A DNA stretch of 64,000 nt from a virus (IMGVR_UViG_3300029288_000079:1-64000); one strand, 5' to 3'; shown: positions 26,201 to 36,203, counted from the first letter of the stretch. Notes: generated by a model not told the origin, from the sequence alone. Translations and numbers: made by a program.

Positions 26201-29040
26201 ATTTTAGATCTCACTTTAGATTTGAATGGTTCTTTCCAGTCCGAAAATTTATCAAATATTCCCTGCAACTGTTCATCAAGATCTTTTTTTATATCTATTT
26301 CAACCATATCACCCCACTTCTTACCAACTTTAGCTTCAGCTTCTATTTTTACGTGAAGCTCAGGTAATGGTCTTTCAAATTCTTCAAATGCTACTTGAAT
26401 AACAGTTTTTAAATAGTCCTTTGGTATACAAAATACCAGTGAATCATATACTGTCAAATTCAATTTTACAGGAACTTTATTACCCCATAACTTTGATAAT
26501 ATACGAACTCCCGCCATCAAAGTCAAATCAGAAGCAGACCCTTGTACTGGAGAATTTGCCGCCATCCGCTCCAGTCCAAAATCTTGACGAATTTTAAGCT
26601 CAGGTATATGTCTTCTACGCCCAAATATACAACTCACATATCCATCCCTTCTACAATCAAGATGTAACCTATTAAGAAATGCAAATCCCTTTCTATACCT
26701 CTTTCTTATATTATCTAAAATCCTCTCAGCTTCCTTCAAAGGAATATTAAGAGACTTTGCTATAGCTGGAGCAGTCCTTCCATAAATCGGACCAAATACT
26801 ACCTCAGTCTTTGCTTCCTGTCTCTGTTCTTTAGTTACATCTTTTGTTAATGCAACAAATTCCTCAGGAGTAATATCACCTTTTGTAGGTAACACCCTAT
26901 TATAATAAGCCACACCTCCCATAACTTTATGTATATCAAGACCTAGCTCAATATCCCGAATCATGCGCTCATCTTGACTCATACTAGCCCATACACGAAA
27001 CTCCATGGCTTTACCATCCAGCTCTAATAAATAGCAACCCTCATCCGCAATGAATGTGTTTTTAAGATCTGCTGCAGTGGCCTTTCTAGGTATATTATTG
27101 AGATTTGGCATGCGACTAGAAGGTCTACCCGTCTTTGTTCCAGTTAGAAAGTACTGAGTATGTACTCTATCATTATGATCAATGTGATTTAACAGACCAT
27201 CTACAAAGGTAGATTTCAATTGCATTAATTTTCTAGTTGTAGATATTATACTGCATGCCTCATTCTTTTCAGACAATTGCTCTAATACTGCTGCATTTGT
27301 ACTATGAGTAGTAGTAGGCTTCTTATCCTTACCCTTTGTAAACTCAATTATGGACAAACCTAAATAAGTAAATAAAAATGAACCTAATTGTTTAGAAGAT
27401 TTAGGATTAAATGTCAAATACTTCTTTTTATCAGAAATACTCTCAAAGTATCCTTCAAATCTTGGAAACCTTTTCCGTAACTTATCATTCTCTCCATATT
27501 TAATCAAATACTCAGATCTCTTTTGTGCATTCTGAGAATCTATAAATCCTATAACTGCAGGATCTGAATATAATGAATTTCTTAAATCAGTTATCTTTTC
27601 AGCATAAGTTTTTTGAAGGTTTTCTAAATGTTTCTTATCTACCCTTACACCCTGAACTTCAGTCATAATCAACATCACTTGTGCAGGCATCATAATATCA
27701 AATAATGTAAATTCTAACCCATCCTTTTTAATTAATGGGAGCATGGCCTTATAAGCCCTGAATGTCACATCAGCATCGCAGGAGGCATATGGATATAGTA
27801 GTTCATTTGGTATCTCTGAGTAAGATATCTGAATTTTTTCTTTAATAGATAATCTAGCTAATAGATCTTGAGCTGCATCCAGATCTAACTCGTTCTCACC
27901 TAATTCTTCAATCTCTATAGTATCCTCAAATTCCTTTGACTGCGACTCTGACTGTGACTCTAACTCTTTAATTCTAGATTTAAGCTCCTTTTTTTTGTCA
28001 TCTTTCTTTCTTTTCTTTTCAAATTTAAGCTTATTTACATATTGCTCTAACTCAGTTTCATAACCCCCAACATCAGTAAACTCCCATGCTAATGCACCCA
28101 AATTATGTGCAAGATTTTCTTCCAATAAAAAATGCATAAGCATAGTATCTGCATGAAATCCCCTAACTTTAATACCATATTGCATTAACATCTTTATATC
28201 AAATGATCCATTCTGCATTATCTTTTTTTGATCATTTTCCATAATAGACTTAAGCTTGGACCAAACTTCTTTTTCATTATTCTTACAAAAACCATTTCTA
28301 AGATCTAAAAGTACAGCAGTTCTCTCGGCCCAACTAAAAGTCATCATGAATATAGTGTCTTTAAGAAAATTTATACCTGTAGTTTCACAGTCAAATGACC
28401 ATTCAGATTGTTTGTTAAGATTATCAATAAGCCAGTCAAATTGCTTCTGATTATCTATAACATAGTAATCCCTAGGCTGTGTTTGCTGTATTACATTACC
28501 CCCCTTTAATAAATTAACAGCATTGCGTATATCACCAAGAAACTGAGGCTTCTTTGTAGCATCATATAATATTGCAGCTGGATGCCACGTAGCAAATAAG
28601 GCACAATTATATTGTTGGCTCTCAAATCTTCTACCCCGCATTTTTGTGATAGTACCTAAATTAGGTAAAAATGTGGACACTGGTGTATTTCCCAACAAAA
28701 CTATTATCTCGGGCCTAAGAAGTTCTATCTCCTGCTCAAGATATTGGAAACATATCTTTATCTCATCCTTGGTAGGCTTACGATTATTAAAAGGCTTGCA
28801 ACAACACATATTACTTATAGCTACACGATCTCTAGCTAACCCTGATTGCTCTAAAGCCTCATTCAGCATTTGACCAGCCTGCCCTACAAAAGGAATACCC
28901 TGTTGATCCTCATTGGCCCCCGGAGCTTCACCTATAATAAGCATCTTTGCATTATCAGGCAACACAGAATGAACTACTCTAGTTCTATCCTTACACAGCG
29001 TACAACTTTGACAATTGTCTATATGTTGAGAAGGTATCAT
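26185..29040 (-). CDS. polA: family-4 uracil-DNA glycosylase fused to family A DNA polymerase (3'-5' exonuclease plus polymerase)
   Basis: CQSCTLC, GEAPG, PFVG, HPAA (UDG4); FDCETTG, NGSFDI, YASCDAD (exonuclease); TKTGRPSS-PNLNNIP, NSPVQGSASD, VYDS (polymerase). Confidence 0.95.
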   Translation of the reverse strand: MIPSQHIDNCQSCTLCKDRTRVVHSVLPDNAKMLIIGEAPGANEDQQGIPFVGQAGQMLNEALEQSGLARDRVAISNMCCCKPFNNRKPTKDEIKICFQYLEQEIELLRPEIIVLLGNTPVSTFLPNLGTITKMRGRRFESQQYNCALFATWHPAAILYDATKKPQFLGDIRNAVNLLKGGNVIQQTQPRDYYVIDNQKQFDWLIDNLNKQSEWSFDCETTGINFLKDTIFMMTFSWAERTAVLLDLRNGFCKNNEKEVWSKLKSIMENDQKKIMQNGSFDIKMLMQYGIKVRGFHADTMLMHFLLEENLAHNLGALAWEFTDVGGYETELEQYVNKLKFEKKRKKDDKKKELKSRIKELESQSESQSKEFEDTIEIEELGENELDLDAAQDLLARLSIKEKIQISYSEIPNELLYPYASCDADVTFRAYKAMLPLIKKDGLEFTLFDIMMPAQVMLIMTEVQGVRVDKKHLENLQKTYAEKITDLRNSLYSDPAVIGFIDSQNAQKRSEYLIKYGENDKLRKRFPRFEGYFESISDKKKYLTFNPKSSKQLGSFLFTYLGLSIIEFTKGKDKKPTTTHSTNAAVLEQLSEKNEACSIISTTRKLMQLKSTFVDGLLNHIDHNDRVHTQYFLTGTKTGRPSSRMPNLNNIPRKATAADLKNTFIADEGCYLLELDGKAMEFRVWASMSQDERMIRDIELGLDIHKVMGGVAYYNRVLPTKGDITPEEFVALTKDVTKEQRQEAKTEVVFGPIYGRTAPAIAKSLNIPLKEAERILDNIRKRYRKGFAFLNRLHLDCRRDGYVSCIFGRRRHIPELKIRQDFGLERMAANSPVQGSASDLTLMAGVRILSKLWGNKVPVKLNLTVYDSLVFCIPKDYLKTVIQVAFEEFERPLPELHVKIEAEAKVGKKWGDMVEIDIKKDLDEQLQGIFDKFSDWKEPFKSKVRSKICQQL

Positions 29041-29280
29041 TTATAATTCATCAATCTTATCTTTTACATCAGAATATGTATTCCAAATATCCTTGAACAT
29101 GTAATATCGACTTAAGTAAAATGAAGCCATAGCTCCAAATAACTGTGACATACAATAACAAACTATTATCCTCCACAATACTAAAGGATGCCCAATTTGT
29201 ACAAATACAAGTGCCACAAACATTAACGCTACCACAAGACACCACCAAAACCTATACAAATAAAACCTGGTTAAATTCAC
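29041..29280 (-). CDS. small membrane protein
   Basis: Two hydrophobic helices; GGAGG RBS. Confidence 0.6.
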   Translation of the reverse strand: MNLTRFYLYRFWWCLVVALMFVALVFVQIGHPLVLWRIIVCYCMSQLFGAMASFYLSRYYMFKDIWNTYSDVKDKIDEL

Positions 29281-29288
29281 GTAACCTC

Positions 29289-29480
29289 CTATACTAAATC
29301 AGATTCAAATATTCCCGTATCTTCCCATTTATCTTCATTTACTAAATAAACCCGACCATTCCAGACTATGTATTTATATCCAAGTTTACGAGCTGGCCTC
29401 AGAAGTTCATTTATATTTCCGACGAATGTATAACAAGTTAATGCGTTCTTCCATGTTGCATCAATCTTTGTGTCAGACAT
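29289..29480 (-). CDS. hypothetical protein
   Basis: 63-aa ORF with AAGGAG RBS. Confidence 0.6.
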   Translation of the reverse strand: MSDTKIDATWKNALTCYTFVGNINELLRPARKLGYKYIVWNGRVYLVNEDKWEDTGIFESDLV

Positions 29481-30453
29481 GACATTCTCCTTTTATTTTA
29501 TGTTCAATTAAATTTTCTATTTCAATCCAATCACCATTATCTATACTATACCAAACTCCAGAACGATCCTTAGCCAACAACCCATCAACATTAGGAGATC
29601 TAGTTCTATAGGCATGCCTATAAAAATAATCCCCACTGATACCTAATTTATCCAACAGTTCAACAATGTTCTTGTTAGGTATTATAATAAGATCAATATT
29701 TTTATCAGAATCAATATTAAAACGTTTTATAAACTTAACATATCTACTCTTATATTTATTGTTAGAAGACTCTGCTAAAAGTCGAATCTTCCAAGCAGCA
29801 TATTTATTCTGTGAAGTCTCTTTATTAATTATACCTGATCCCATAAGTTCCCTGGATATATTATCTTTCAGTATGTTATAATTTTCATGCTTCTCTCTTG
29901 CTATATTACTGAGATGCTCATCTTCTAAAACTATCTTTTCAACTATCGGTAAAATTTTCATTGGTATGCTGTTCCAAAAATCTATATCTCTAGTACAATC
30001 CTCTAGAAGATTTAACCCCTTCATTAAGTCAAATGATTCCGTAATATCATCAATATCACTGCAGTAGTATATTGTCTTCTTTGATGGAACTTTAAAAGCA
30101 GACATTCTTAAACTATAAAAATAGTTCTTTACTATATAAGTAAAATTTATAGAAAAGTCATGTCCAGCACCATGCATAACAAGATATCTATAACAATTCT
30201 CCTTTATCTCTGAAAGCATGTCCTCCTCTGGCATTCTAATGCTTATCATACTATTCTTAGCTCTAAAATTTCTTACAGATGATAGGGCATAATATTGTAT
30301 AACCCTCCATAAATCCATAAACCTATTACCAGACACCGAAAATTTTATTATAGTACCACAATCTAGTTTTTCTGGAGATTTCAAAGGCTCACAACAATCT
30401 GATGCTGCAGTGTCTATAGACTTAAGAAATAATCTTTTATTTTCATCTTCCAT
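29473..30453 (-). CDS. hypothetical protein with sigma-factor-like segments
   Basis: EDMLSE...FTYIVKNYF (region 2-like) and LSNIARE (HTH-like); weak. Confidence 0.45.
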   Translation of the reverse strand: MEDENKRLFLKSIDTAASDCCEPLKSPEKLDCGTIIKFSVSGNRFMDLWRVIQYYALSSVRNFRAKNSMISIRMPEEDMLSEIKENCYRYLVMHGAGHDFSINFTYIVKNYFYSLRMSAFKVPSKKTIYYCSDIDDITESFDLMKGLNLLEDCTRDIDFWNSIPMKILPIVEKIVLEDEHLSNIAREKHENYNILKDNISRELMGSGIINKETSQNKYAAWKIRLLAESSNNKYKSRYVKFIKRFNIDSDKNIDLIIIPNKNIVELLDKLGISGDYFYRHAYRTRSPNVDGLLAKDRSGVWYSIDNGDWIEIENLIEHKIKGECHV

Positions 30454-30455
30454 AA

Positions 30456-30992
30456 CTACTCCGATATAGATGACATCTGTGAATAGAATTCAGAATAAAG
30501 ATTTAATAGAGTTACATACTTTTCATCCACTATTTGCTTATCCACTATGTAAACCCAACTACATATAGAAATCCAGTTAGAGTATTGTTCTATAGTGGAT
30601 CTGTGTCTTAACAATTCCTGTAAAATATGAGCCTCAAAAGCATTGCATAAATACTTATAGTCCAATAATGAATATTTTGTTTTTAAATTTATTATGGAAA
30701 CTTTACATTTCTCAAGTACTTCACTATAATTTTTATTTATTTGATCTTGAAAATTATTAACCAACAATATATAAGCATCATGAGTACTTATTCCCTCTTT
30801 TCTCGCTACAAATTGAACAGTATTACCCCCAAAACCACAAGAAAAACAATTCCACATATCTTCATCATTAAATGAAGCTGATCCAAAAGATTGATCATCA
30901 TGGAAGGGGCATAGGAACAGAGTTTCTCCTGCGCTATTGCTATCCTGAGTCTCTATACCGTAATGCTCCATTACTTCAGATAAACACATCAC
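30456..30992 (-). CDS. stand-alone primase CHC2 zinc-finger protein
   Basis: CPFHDD, WNCFSCGFGGNTVQFV. Confidence 0.85.
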   Translation of the reverse strand: MMCLSEVMEHYGIETQDSNSAGETLFLCPFHDDQSFGSASFNDEDMWNCFSCGFGGNTVQFVARKEGISTHDAYILLVNNFQDQINKNYSEVLEKCKVSIINLKTKYSLLDYKYLCNAFEAHILQELLRHRSTIEQYSNWISICSWVYIVDKQIVDEKYVTLLNLYSEFYSQMSSISE

Positions 30993-31007
30993 TTATGAAA
31001 TAATCTC

Positions 31008-32351
31008 CTATGTTAATCGTTTTACCTCAGGTTCATCAAACTTTATGGTCTTAATTTCCCTGTCCCCCACATATTTCCATTGATCATTAATATATAATGA
31101 AAAGGTTTTATTTTTAGGACCATATCTATTTTTCTTTATAGATACATTTAAATTATTACTTCCCGCATCATACTCACTAGCATCTTGCCATAAATGTAGC
31201 ACCAAGTGGCATACATTCTGAAAGTAGTGAGACTCACCAATATGCTCAGTACCCATCTTCTCCTTATCCTTGAGCTTCTTACCCTCACGATTCTCTTGCA
31301 TACTACCAATGATAGGCACTCCATAGGATCTAGTTATTCTTCGAAGTTCAACTCCAAGATTCTTAAATTTCTCACTTGTATTACTCCATGGAGTAAGTGG
31401 CTCCATTTCATTAATATAATCAATTATAGCAACATCAGGAAATTTTCCATATTGAGCTCTGTGCAGTTCAAATTCTCCTATAACATCTGCAGAAGTAGAT
31501 TTGTCAGGTATATCTATTATTCTAAGAGGATATTCCTTTTTAGCTATATCTATTAGTGCAGATCTATAATCCAAGCCCTCTGCACCAAGACCACCTCTTA
31601 TCATCTTATCAAAACTCAATCTTGAATGCCTAGCATCTATTATATGTTCATAATCGTCAATATCTATTTCTAAAGTAAATACAGTAGTATCTTTTTTCTC
31701 CAAAAAAGCAAAGTTATATGCTAGATTAGACTTAAAAATTGACTTATACCCTCCAGAGTTTGCGAATAGTAAAACTATGTGCCCTGGACGCAACCCCCCA
31801 TTGGTATATTTATCCAAACCCTCCATATTATATGGAATTCCTAAAACTTTACTTGGATCCCTTTCCATCTCACGATAATATTCCCATCTTTCTCGAGCCT
31901 CTTCAAATATCCACCTACGCTCACGATGTCCCGCCTCCAAAGGACTGACCAGTCCCGATAAAGACGTAATATTTTGCCTTACTATCTCCCCCACATTAGA
32001 ACTAGATATTCCTGCACGAATATTCTCAGCCACATCCACTAACTTTCTTCTGGAGTACATTACAAACATATCTTGCAATTTCACCCGCAATTCAGATAAA
32101 TCAGGATCCACATGTTCTATCTCTTTTATAAATAACTTAACCTCAGGATCCTCCGATTTATCTAAAATTATATTGGCAGTTGGATATACTGAATAAGGAG
32201 GTTTTAAAAATTCAGAAAACTCTTCATAAGCCTTCCGAGTAATCTCATGGTTAAACCAAGCTGTGGGTATATTACGCCAAAAGTTTGGGCCTTTTAAACA
32301 AGCTGCAAGAACATAACATTCTGTTCCATAATCTCTAAATTCTTGATTCAT
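31008..32351 (-). CDS. DnaB-like replicative helicase
   Basis: LDKYTNGGLRPG, ANSGGYKS, FTLE, IIDYI, SMQENR, KNRYG. Confidence 0.9.
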   Translation of the reverse strand: MNQEFRDYGTECYVLAACLKGPNFWRNIPTAWFNHEITRKAYEEFSEFLKPPYSVYPTANIILDKSEDPEVKLFIKEIEHVDPDLSELRVKLQDMFVMYSRRKLVDVAENIRAGISSSNVGEIVRQNITSLSGLVSPLEAGHRERRWIFEEARERWEYYREMERDPSKVLGIPYNMEGLDKYTNGGLRPGHIVLLFANSGGYKSIFKSNLAYNFAFLEKKDTTVFTLEIDIDDYEHIIDARHSRLSFDKMIRGGLGAEGLDYRSALIDIAKKEYPLRIIDIPDKSTSADVIGEFELHRAQYGKFPDVAIIDYINEMEPLTPWSNTSEKFKNLGVELRRITRSYGVPIIGSMQENREGKKLKDKEKMGTEHIGESHYFQNVCHLVLHLWQDASEYDAGSNNLNVSIKKNRYGPKNKTFSLYINDQWKYVGDREIKTIKFDEPEVKRLT

Positions 32352-33115
32352 ATATTACCTTTAGACAGCAATAATTTTTTAGCTCTCTTATCTGATCTAT
32401 AACTATCACCAACCATAATTACAGGTATAAGCTCATTAAATCTATCTACCACATTAGCCGCTTGAGAAGACCCTAACATTTTCATTGAAATATTAGAAAC
32501 AACTATAAGAGAAGTATTTCTATTATATATATTACTAAAAAATTCATTAACCCATGTTCCAGTTATAGAATGCATATCTGAAGCCTTGTTATCTTTTTCA
32601 ATTTCATCTATCATCAATAACTCTACTTTATCTTCCATCCACAAAACAAGATCCTCACTATCCTTATTATCAATAGTTCCTCGTAATAAATTTGAAATGG
32701 TAGACATACGAGTAGAATAACAAGAAATACCCTGTTTTAAAGCCTGTTTCATAATCCAATATGCTGATGCAGATTTTGCTGTACCCCCCATACCTTCAAT
32801 AAATAGACCCACACCCTGTTTTGTAAGCTCCTGAATATCCTTCCCATACTTAGTTATTATTTTTATAGATGTTTCATTTTCTTTTTTAAACTTAGGTGTC
32901 AAATCATTTTCAATATCAAAATCCCAATAACGCTTAGGTATACCTGCATTAAGCAGCTGTATAGTCCATTTGAATTTTTCCATACAGCTGCAATCAAGAA
33001 TATTACCATCCTTGAATATACCACCTGACCCATCACATCCACAATCCTGACCAACAATACTTGATCGTAATTCATTAACAATATCTGGTTTTAACCAAAT
33101 TCTTTGTCGTTCCAT
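32348..33115 (-). CDS. DnaC/IstB-like helicase loader ATPase
   Basis: CGC...CSC zinc site, AGIPKRY, GMGGTAKS, LMIDEI, VSN; probable start MERQRIW. Confidence 0.8.
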   Translation of the reverse strand: MERQRIWLKPDIVNELRSSIVGQDCGCDGSGGIFKDGNILDCSCMEKFKWTIQLLNAGIPKRYWDFDIENDLTPKFKKENETSIKIITKYGKDIQELTKQGVGLFIEGMGGTAKSASAYWIMKQALKQGISCYSTRMSTISNLLRGTIDNKDSEDLVLWMEDKVELLMIDEIEKDNKASDMHSITGTWVNEFFSNIYNRNTSLIVVSNISMKMLGSSQAANVVDRFNELIPVIMVGDSYRSDKRAKKLLLSKGNI

Positions 33116-33116
33116 A

Positions 33117-33269
33117 CTATTTAATTCCAAATCGTTTGTATTTCTTAATAAGCTTTTTTCTACAGATAAAATAATGTCCCCCATTGCCCTTTGAAATTCT
33201 ACCATCACCTAGCTTTTTCTGAACTTTACTTAGCACCCTACTATATTTTCTACGCTGATGTGAGTTCAT
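33117..33269 (-). CDS. small highly basic protein (50 aa)
   Basis: Manual translation MNSHQRRKYSRVLSKVQKKLGDGRISKGNGGHYFICRKKLIKKYKRFGIK; ATGA-coupled to the upstream methyltransferase stop. Confidence 0.55.
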   Translation of the reverse strand: MNSHQRRKYSRVLSKVQKKLGDGRISKGNGGHYFICRKKLIKKYKRFGIK

Positions 33270-33817
33270 ATTACCTTCTCTATTGAAATTGTTTCTGGTA
33301 TAATAACTTTTCCAATTTTAGAAAATACTTGTTTAAACTTTAATATATTTATACCAAAATACACAAAAGTCTGGCCCCTTTTAGCTTGCCCACCAACTTT
33401 ACCATTTATATCTACAAATTTAATACGCTCACGAGCACAACACACCGGAAAAGACTCCCATAACTGCTCGTACCATTTATATCCTTGGGTAGAATTCACT
33501 AATAAAATACCCTCTTTAAAATTACCCTTGTACCACTCTTCAATCATCTTTTTTGACCACGTAGCTTGACCACTTTTACCATCCTCTTTACCATATGGAG
33601 GATTACAAAATACTGTATTGGCTTTCCAATCTTGCTTCAAACCATTCTCTTTTTTACCAAACCAACAATTTGCTTTGATCCATTTCTGACAAAATTTAGC
33701 AGATGCGGGATCCAAATCTATTTTTCCTAATACATTTTTAACTAAATCTATATACACAGGTGGAGTATACCACTCTACCGTATTATGCGAAGTAAGAACA
33801 CTCATTGCTTGATCCAT
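33266..33817 (-). CDS. phage DNA N6-adenine methyltransferase
   Basis: EWYTPP, DLDPAS, FCNPPYG, RIKF. Confidence 0.9.
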   Translation of the reverse strand: MDQAMSVLTSHNTVEWYTPPVYIDLVKNVLGKIDLDPASAKFCQKWIKANCWFGKKENGLKQDWKANTVFCNPPYGKEDGKSGQATWSKKMIEEWYKGNFKEGILLVNSTQGYKWYEQLWESFPVCCARERIKFVDINGKVGGQAKRGQTFVYFGINILKFKQVFSKIGKVIIPETISIEKVI

Positions 33818-34132
33818 TTATACACCTGTACCCATTATTTTACTCGATATAGACTCTAAAAAATTCTGTTTATTTTCTCTAACTTTTGGATATTTTTTCC
33901 AATGTTGCACCAGTCCATCAAACATCTTCTGTACACCCTCATTTGTATTAATACCTGTAAATGTAGCTACTCGCCCATCCGGAAGTAATGACATAAACAA
34001 AAATTCTTCACATATATTTAAACATTCTTTTATACGTACTTCCTGGATATCTTTATTTTGCTCATCATATATCTCATAAAATGATGGGGAATATTTCATA
34101 TCTGGCAGTTTCACCCCTGGAATTTTTTCCAT
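33818..34132 (-). CDS. hypothetical protein
   Basis: 104-aa ORF. Confidence 0.6.
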   Translation of the reverse strand: MEKIPGVKLPDMKYSPSFYEIYDEQNKDIQEVRIKECLNICEEFLFMSLLPDGRVATFTGINTNEGVQKMFDGLVQHWKKYPKVRENKQNFLESISSKIMGTGV

Positions 34133-34133
34133 A

Positions 34134-34370
34134 TTAAAATTCTCCTGTTAACCAAACCCTTATAATTCTAGAGTCATTTTCATTACTTTTCTTTTTTAAG
34201 GATATAGATTCTCCATAGCATGTTATAGTAACCTCATCATTATAAAAAGTTATACTACAAAATCCTGCTGATTTAATATCAGATCTCATACATGCCTCAG
34301 AATGCTTTTGACATGTATCAAACAATATAAAAGAGTTATCCTCAAATATTATATATTTTAATTCTCTCAT
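34134..34370 (-). CDS. hypothetical phage protein
   Basis: SAGFC and CYGESISL motif. Confidence 0.65.
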   Translation of the reverse strand: MRELKYIIFEDNSFILFDTCQKHSEACMRSDIKSAGFCSITFYNDEVTITCYGESISLKKKSNENDSRIIRVWLTGEF

Positions 34371-34744
34371 AGTTTTTTAAAAAAATCCTCTTTATATAAT
34401 TCATTTCGCATAGCTATAAAATAATCATTAGTTAATTTAGGATAATCCTGATATATATGATACACCTTTTCACTTACAATACTTCCAAATACAGGGACAA
34501 ACTTGTTCTTAAGAAAATATTCAGAAAATAGAGTATCAATAAAACACTTATAATCTTGATTTGATAATCTAAGCTTCATCCTAAACCCTTTCATCCTGGA
34601 CAAATAAGCTCTCCAAGCCACTGGAGGAATTACCAATCCACCATTCCCAGCCCTCTTCAAACAATCTGAAAAATATAAAAGAAAATCCCTATTACTCCAT
34701 TGCTCTAAAGGCTTTACTTCAGATTCCTTTAAAAGTAATTTCAC
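34367..34744 (-). CDS. hypothetical protein
   Basis: 125-aa ORF with coupled start and stop. Confidence 0.65.
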   Translation of the reverse strand: MKLLLKESEVKPLEQWSNRDFLLYFSDCLKRAGNGGLVIPPVAWRAYLSRMKGFRMKLRLSNQDYKCFIDTLFSEYFLKNKFVPVFGSIVSEKVYHIYQDYPKLTNDYFIAMRNELYKEDFFKKL

Positions 34745-34938
34745 TTGGGCCTTTCTATGTTTGTCATTACAATTTTTTTACAATGATCCAACTTAATATC
34801 TCTAATGCCCCCCTTATCCAAATGAATTTCACCCTCAGCAGTAACTAATAAAGACAGCATATCGTTACCAATGAATTCTCTTACAATGCCATGTAGTACT
34901 GTGCCATTCTTTAAAGTAACTTTTGTTTGCATCAGCAT
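34741..34938 (-). CDS. small protein, possibly Sm/LSm-like fold
   Basis: KVTLKNGTVLHGIV beta pattern. Confidence 0.5.
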   Translation of the reverse strand: MLMQTKVTLKNGTVLHGIVREFIGNDMLSLLVTAEGEIHLDKGGIRDIKLDHCKKIVMTNIERPK

Positions 34939-35094
34939 ATTAAATTCCTTTTCATTATTCTATCTCCAAAATAAAAATAAAAACTGCAAATCGTTACCAT
35001 GTTTTATAGATTCAACCAACTCTGAGTATCCATTATCATTTTCCCTTCTATTTATTACTCAATTCAGCGTTCTATGTACTTACATGTTATGTCG

Positions 35095-35562
35095 TCATTG
35101 CTCATTTTTAGATACGCTTTGTGGCACTTCTTTTTCCGCTAAGAATTTTTGGATTATCTCTTCAACCTTTTCACCTACTGGATCACTCGTGTACCAACGA
35201 ATAAGTTTCCCAATCTTAGAGGCATAGTTCACCTCGTTTGTCGTGCTTTTCCCGATGTAATCATTTCGGTTCACAACAAACACTTCATCACAATCATCAA
35301 TCTTGCGGAAGTGTAATTCATCCATCGCGGTTGCAACGCTTTCGTGTTCGGCGATATGGTCAGGGATTCCCCTTGCATACCATATCGGCAATAAATGAAG
35401 TCCATTTGTTATTTTGTGTTCATCGCGCTCTATGAACCATGCACAAACAGCCATCACATCCACAAATCTTGAAGAACCACACATTACAACTCGTTTTGGT
35501 TTTTCCATATTTTCCTCAGTGCCACAAAGCGTTAAAAGTAGATGCAATGCGAACATAACCAT
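35095..35562 (-). CDS. cassette-borne nucleoside deoxyribosyltransferase-like / DUF4406-like protein
   Basis: MCGSSRF, HFRKIDDCDEVFVVN, YIGKST-NEVNYA. Confidence 0.6.
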   Translation of the reverse strand: MVMFALHLLLTLCGTEENMEKPKRVVMCGSSRFVDVMAVCAWFIERDEHKITNGLHLLPIWYARGIPDHIAEHESVATAMDELHFRKIDDCDEVFVVNRNDYIGKSTTNEVNYASKIGKLIRWYTSDPVGEKVEEIIQKFLAEKEVPQSVSKNEQ

Positions 35563-35952
35563 GTGGCCAAGCTGACCGAATCAGCCAAATGCAAAATTCA
35601 TTGAGTTAAACGCCCTTCAAAATCAGTCTGCAAATGTCTTGTACTAATTCCTCTTCTGCCATTCTCAATTCTTTTATTTTTCTTTTATCCATTCTTGTTA
35701 ATGCCCTTAAGGCAGAGTGAAGCAATTCATGTATTAAAAAGTCCTTCGGTTCTTTTGTCTTTGTTCCCCATCCATAAATTATTGATCGTTTATTCCTCGG
35801 ATGAATAGAACATTGCGCTCCATACTTACTTGCACATTGGTATGTTATTTTCCAGTCTTGTAATATTCTCAGTTGGCTCTTTAGGGCGTTTAACTTTTTC
35901 TTACTCATTTTGAACGTTTCTCCTTCGGCAGTTTAGCAACCATCCGTTACGC
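35553..35952 (+). repeat. attC-like site 1 (400 bp, whole ORF nested in the loop)
   Basis: ACATAAC...GCCAAGCTGACCGAA paired with TTCGGCAGTTTAGC...GTTACGC. Confidence 0.65.
35606..35908 (-). CDS. HExxH zinc-metalloprotease-like protein nested in the attC loop
   Basis: LIHELLH and EEELV motifs. Confidence 0.65.
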   Translation of the reverse strand: MSKKKLNALKSQLRILQDWKITYQCASKYGAQCSIHPRNKRSIIYGWGTKTKEPKDFLIHELLHSALRALTRMDKRKIKELRMAEEELVQDICRLILKGV

Positions 35953-36113
35953 GGTCGCGGTAAAGCGTGCAATTGCTTCAATTTTTTTACACACTTTCTT
36001 TTCTCAACTGTCCAGAATTTTATACAACTGTTAGCTAAGGCAATCTCTCTCCGTGCGGTTTTGATAGTTTTTTTTCTCTTTTCTATCTTATTCATCTTAA
36101 ATTCCTTTCGCAA
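35901..36113 (-). CDS. small basic cassette protein
   Basis: C-terminus RNGWLLNCRR is encoded by the attC right arm. Confidence 0.55.
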   Translation of the reverse strand: MRKEFKMNKIEKRKKTIKTARREIALANSCIKFWTVEKRKCVKKLKQLHALPRPRNGWLLNCRRRNVQNE

Positions 36114-36203
36114 TTACATGCTCACTAAAATGTTAATTGATTTATTTGTAAACATTTTCCTGCTTAACGAAAAAGTTCTCGTTTTGTCCATTGTCATAAT
36201 TTC

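Noticed and set aside
32899-33081. 60-aa minus-strand ORF inside the helicase loader gene
   Set aside because: Alternative frame fully inside a motif-supported gene
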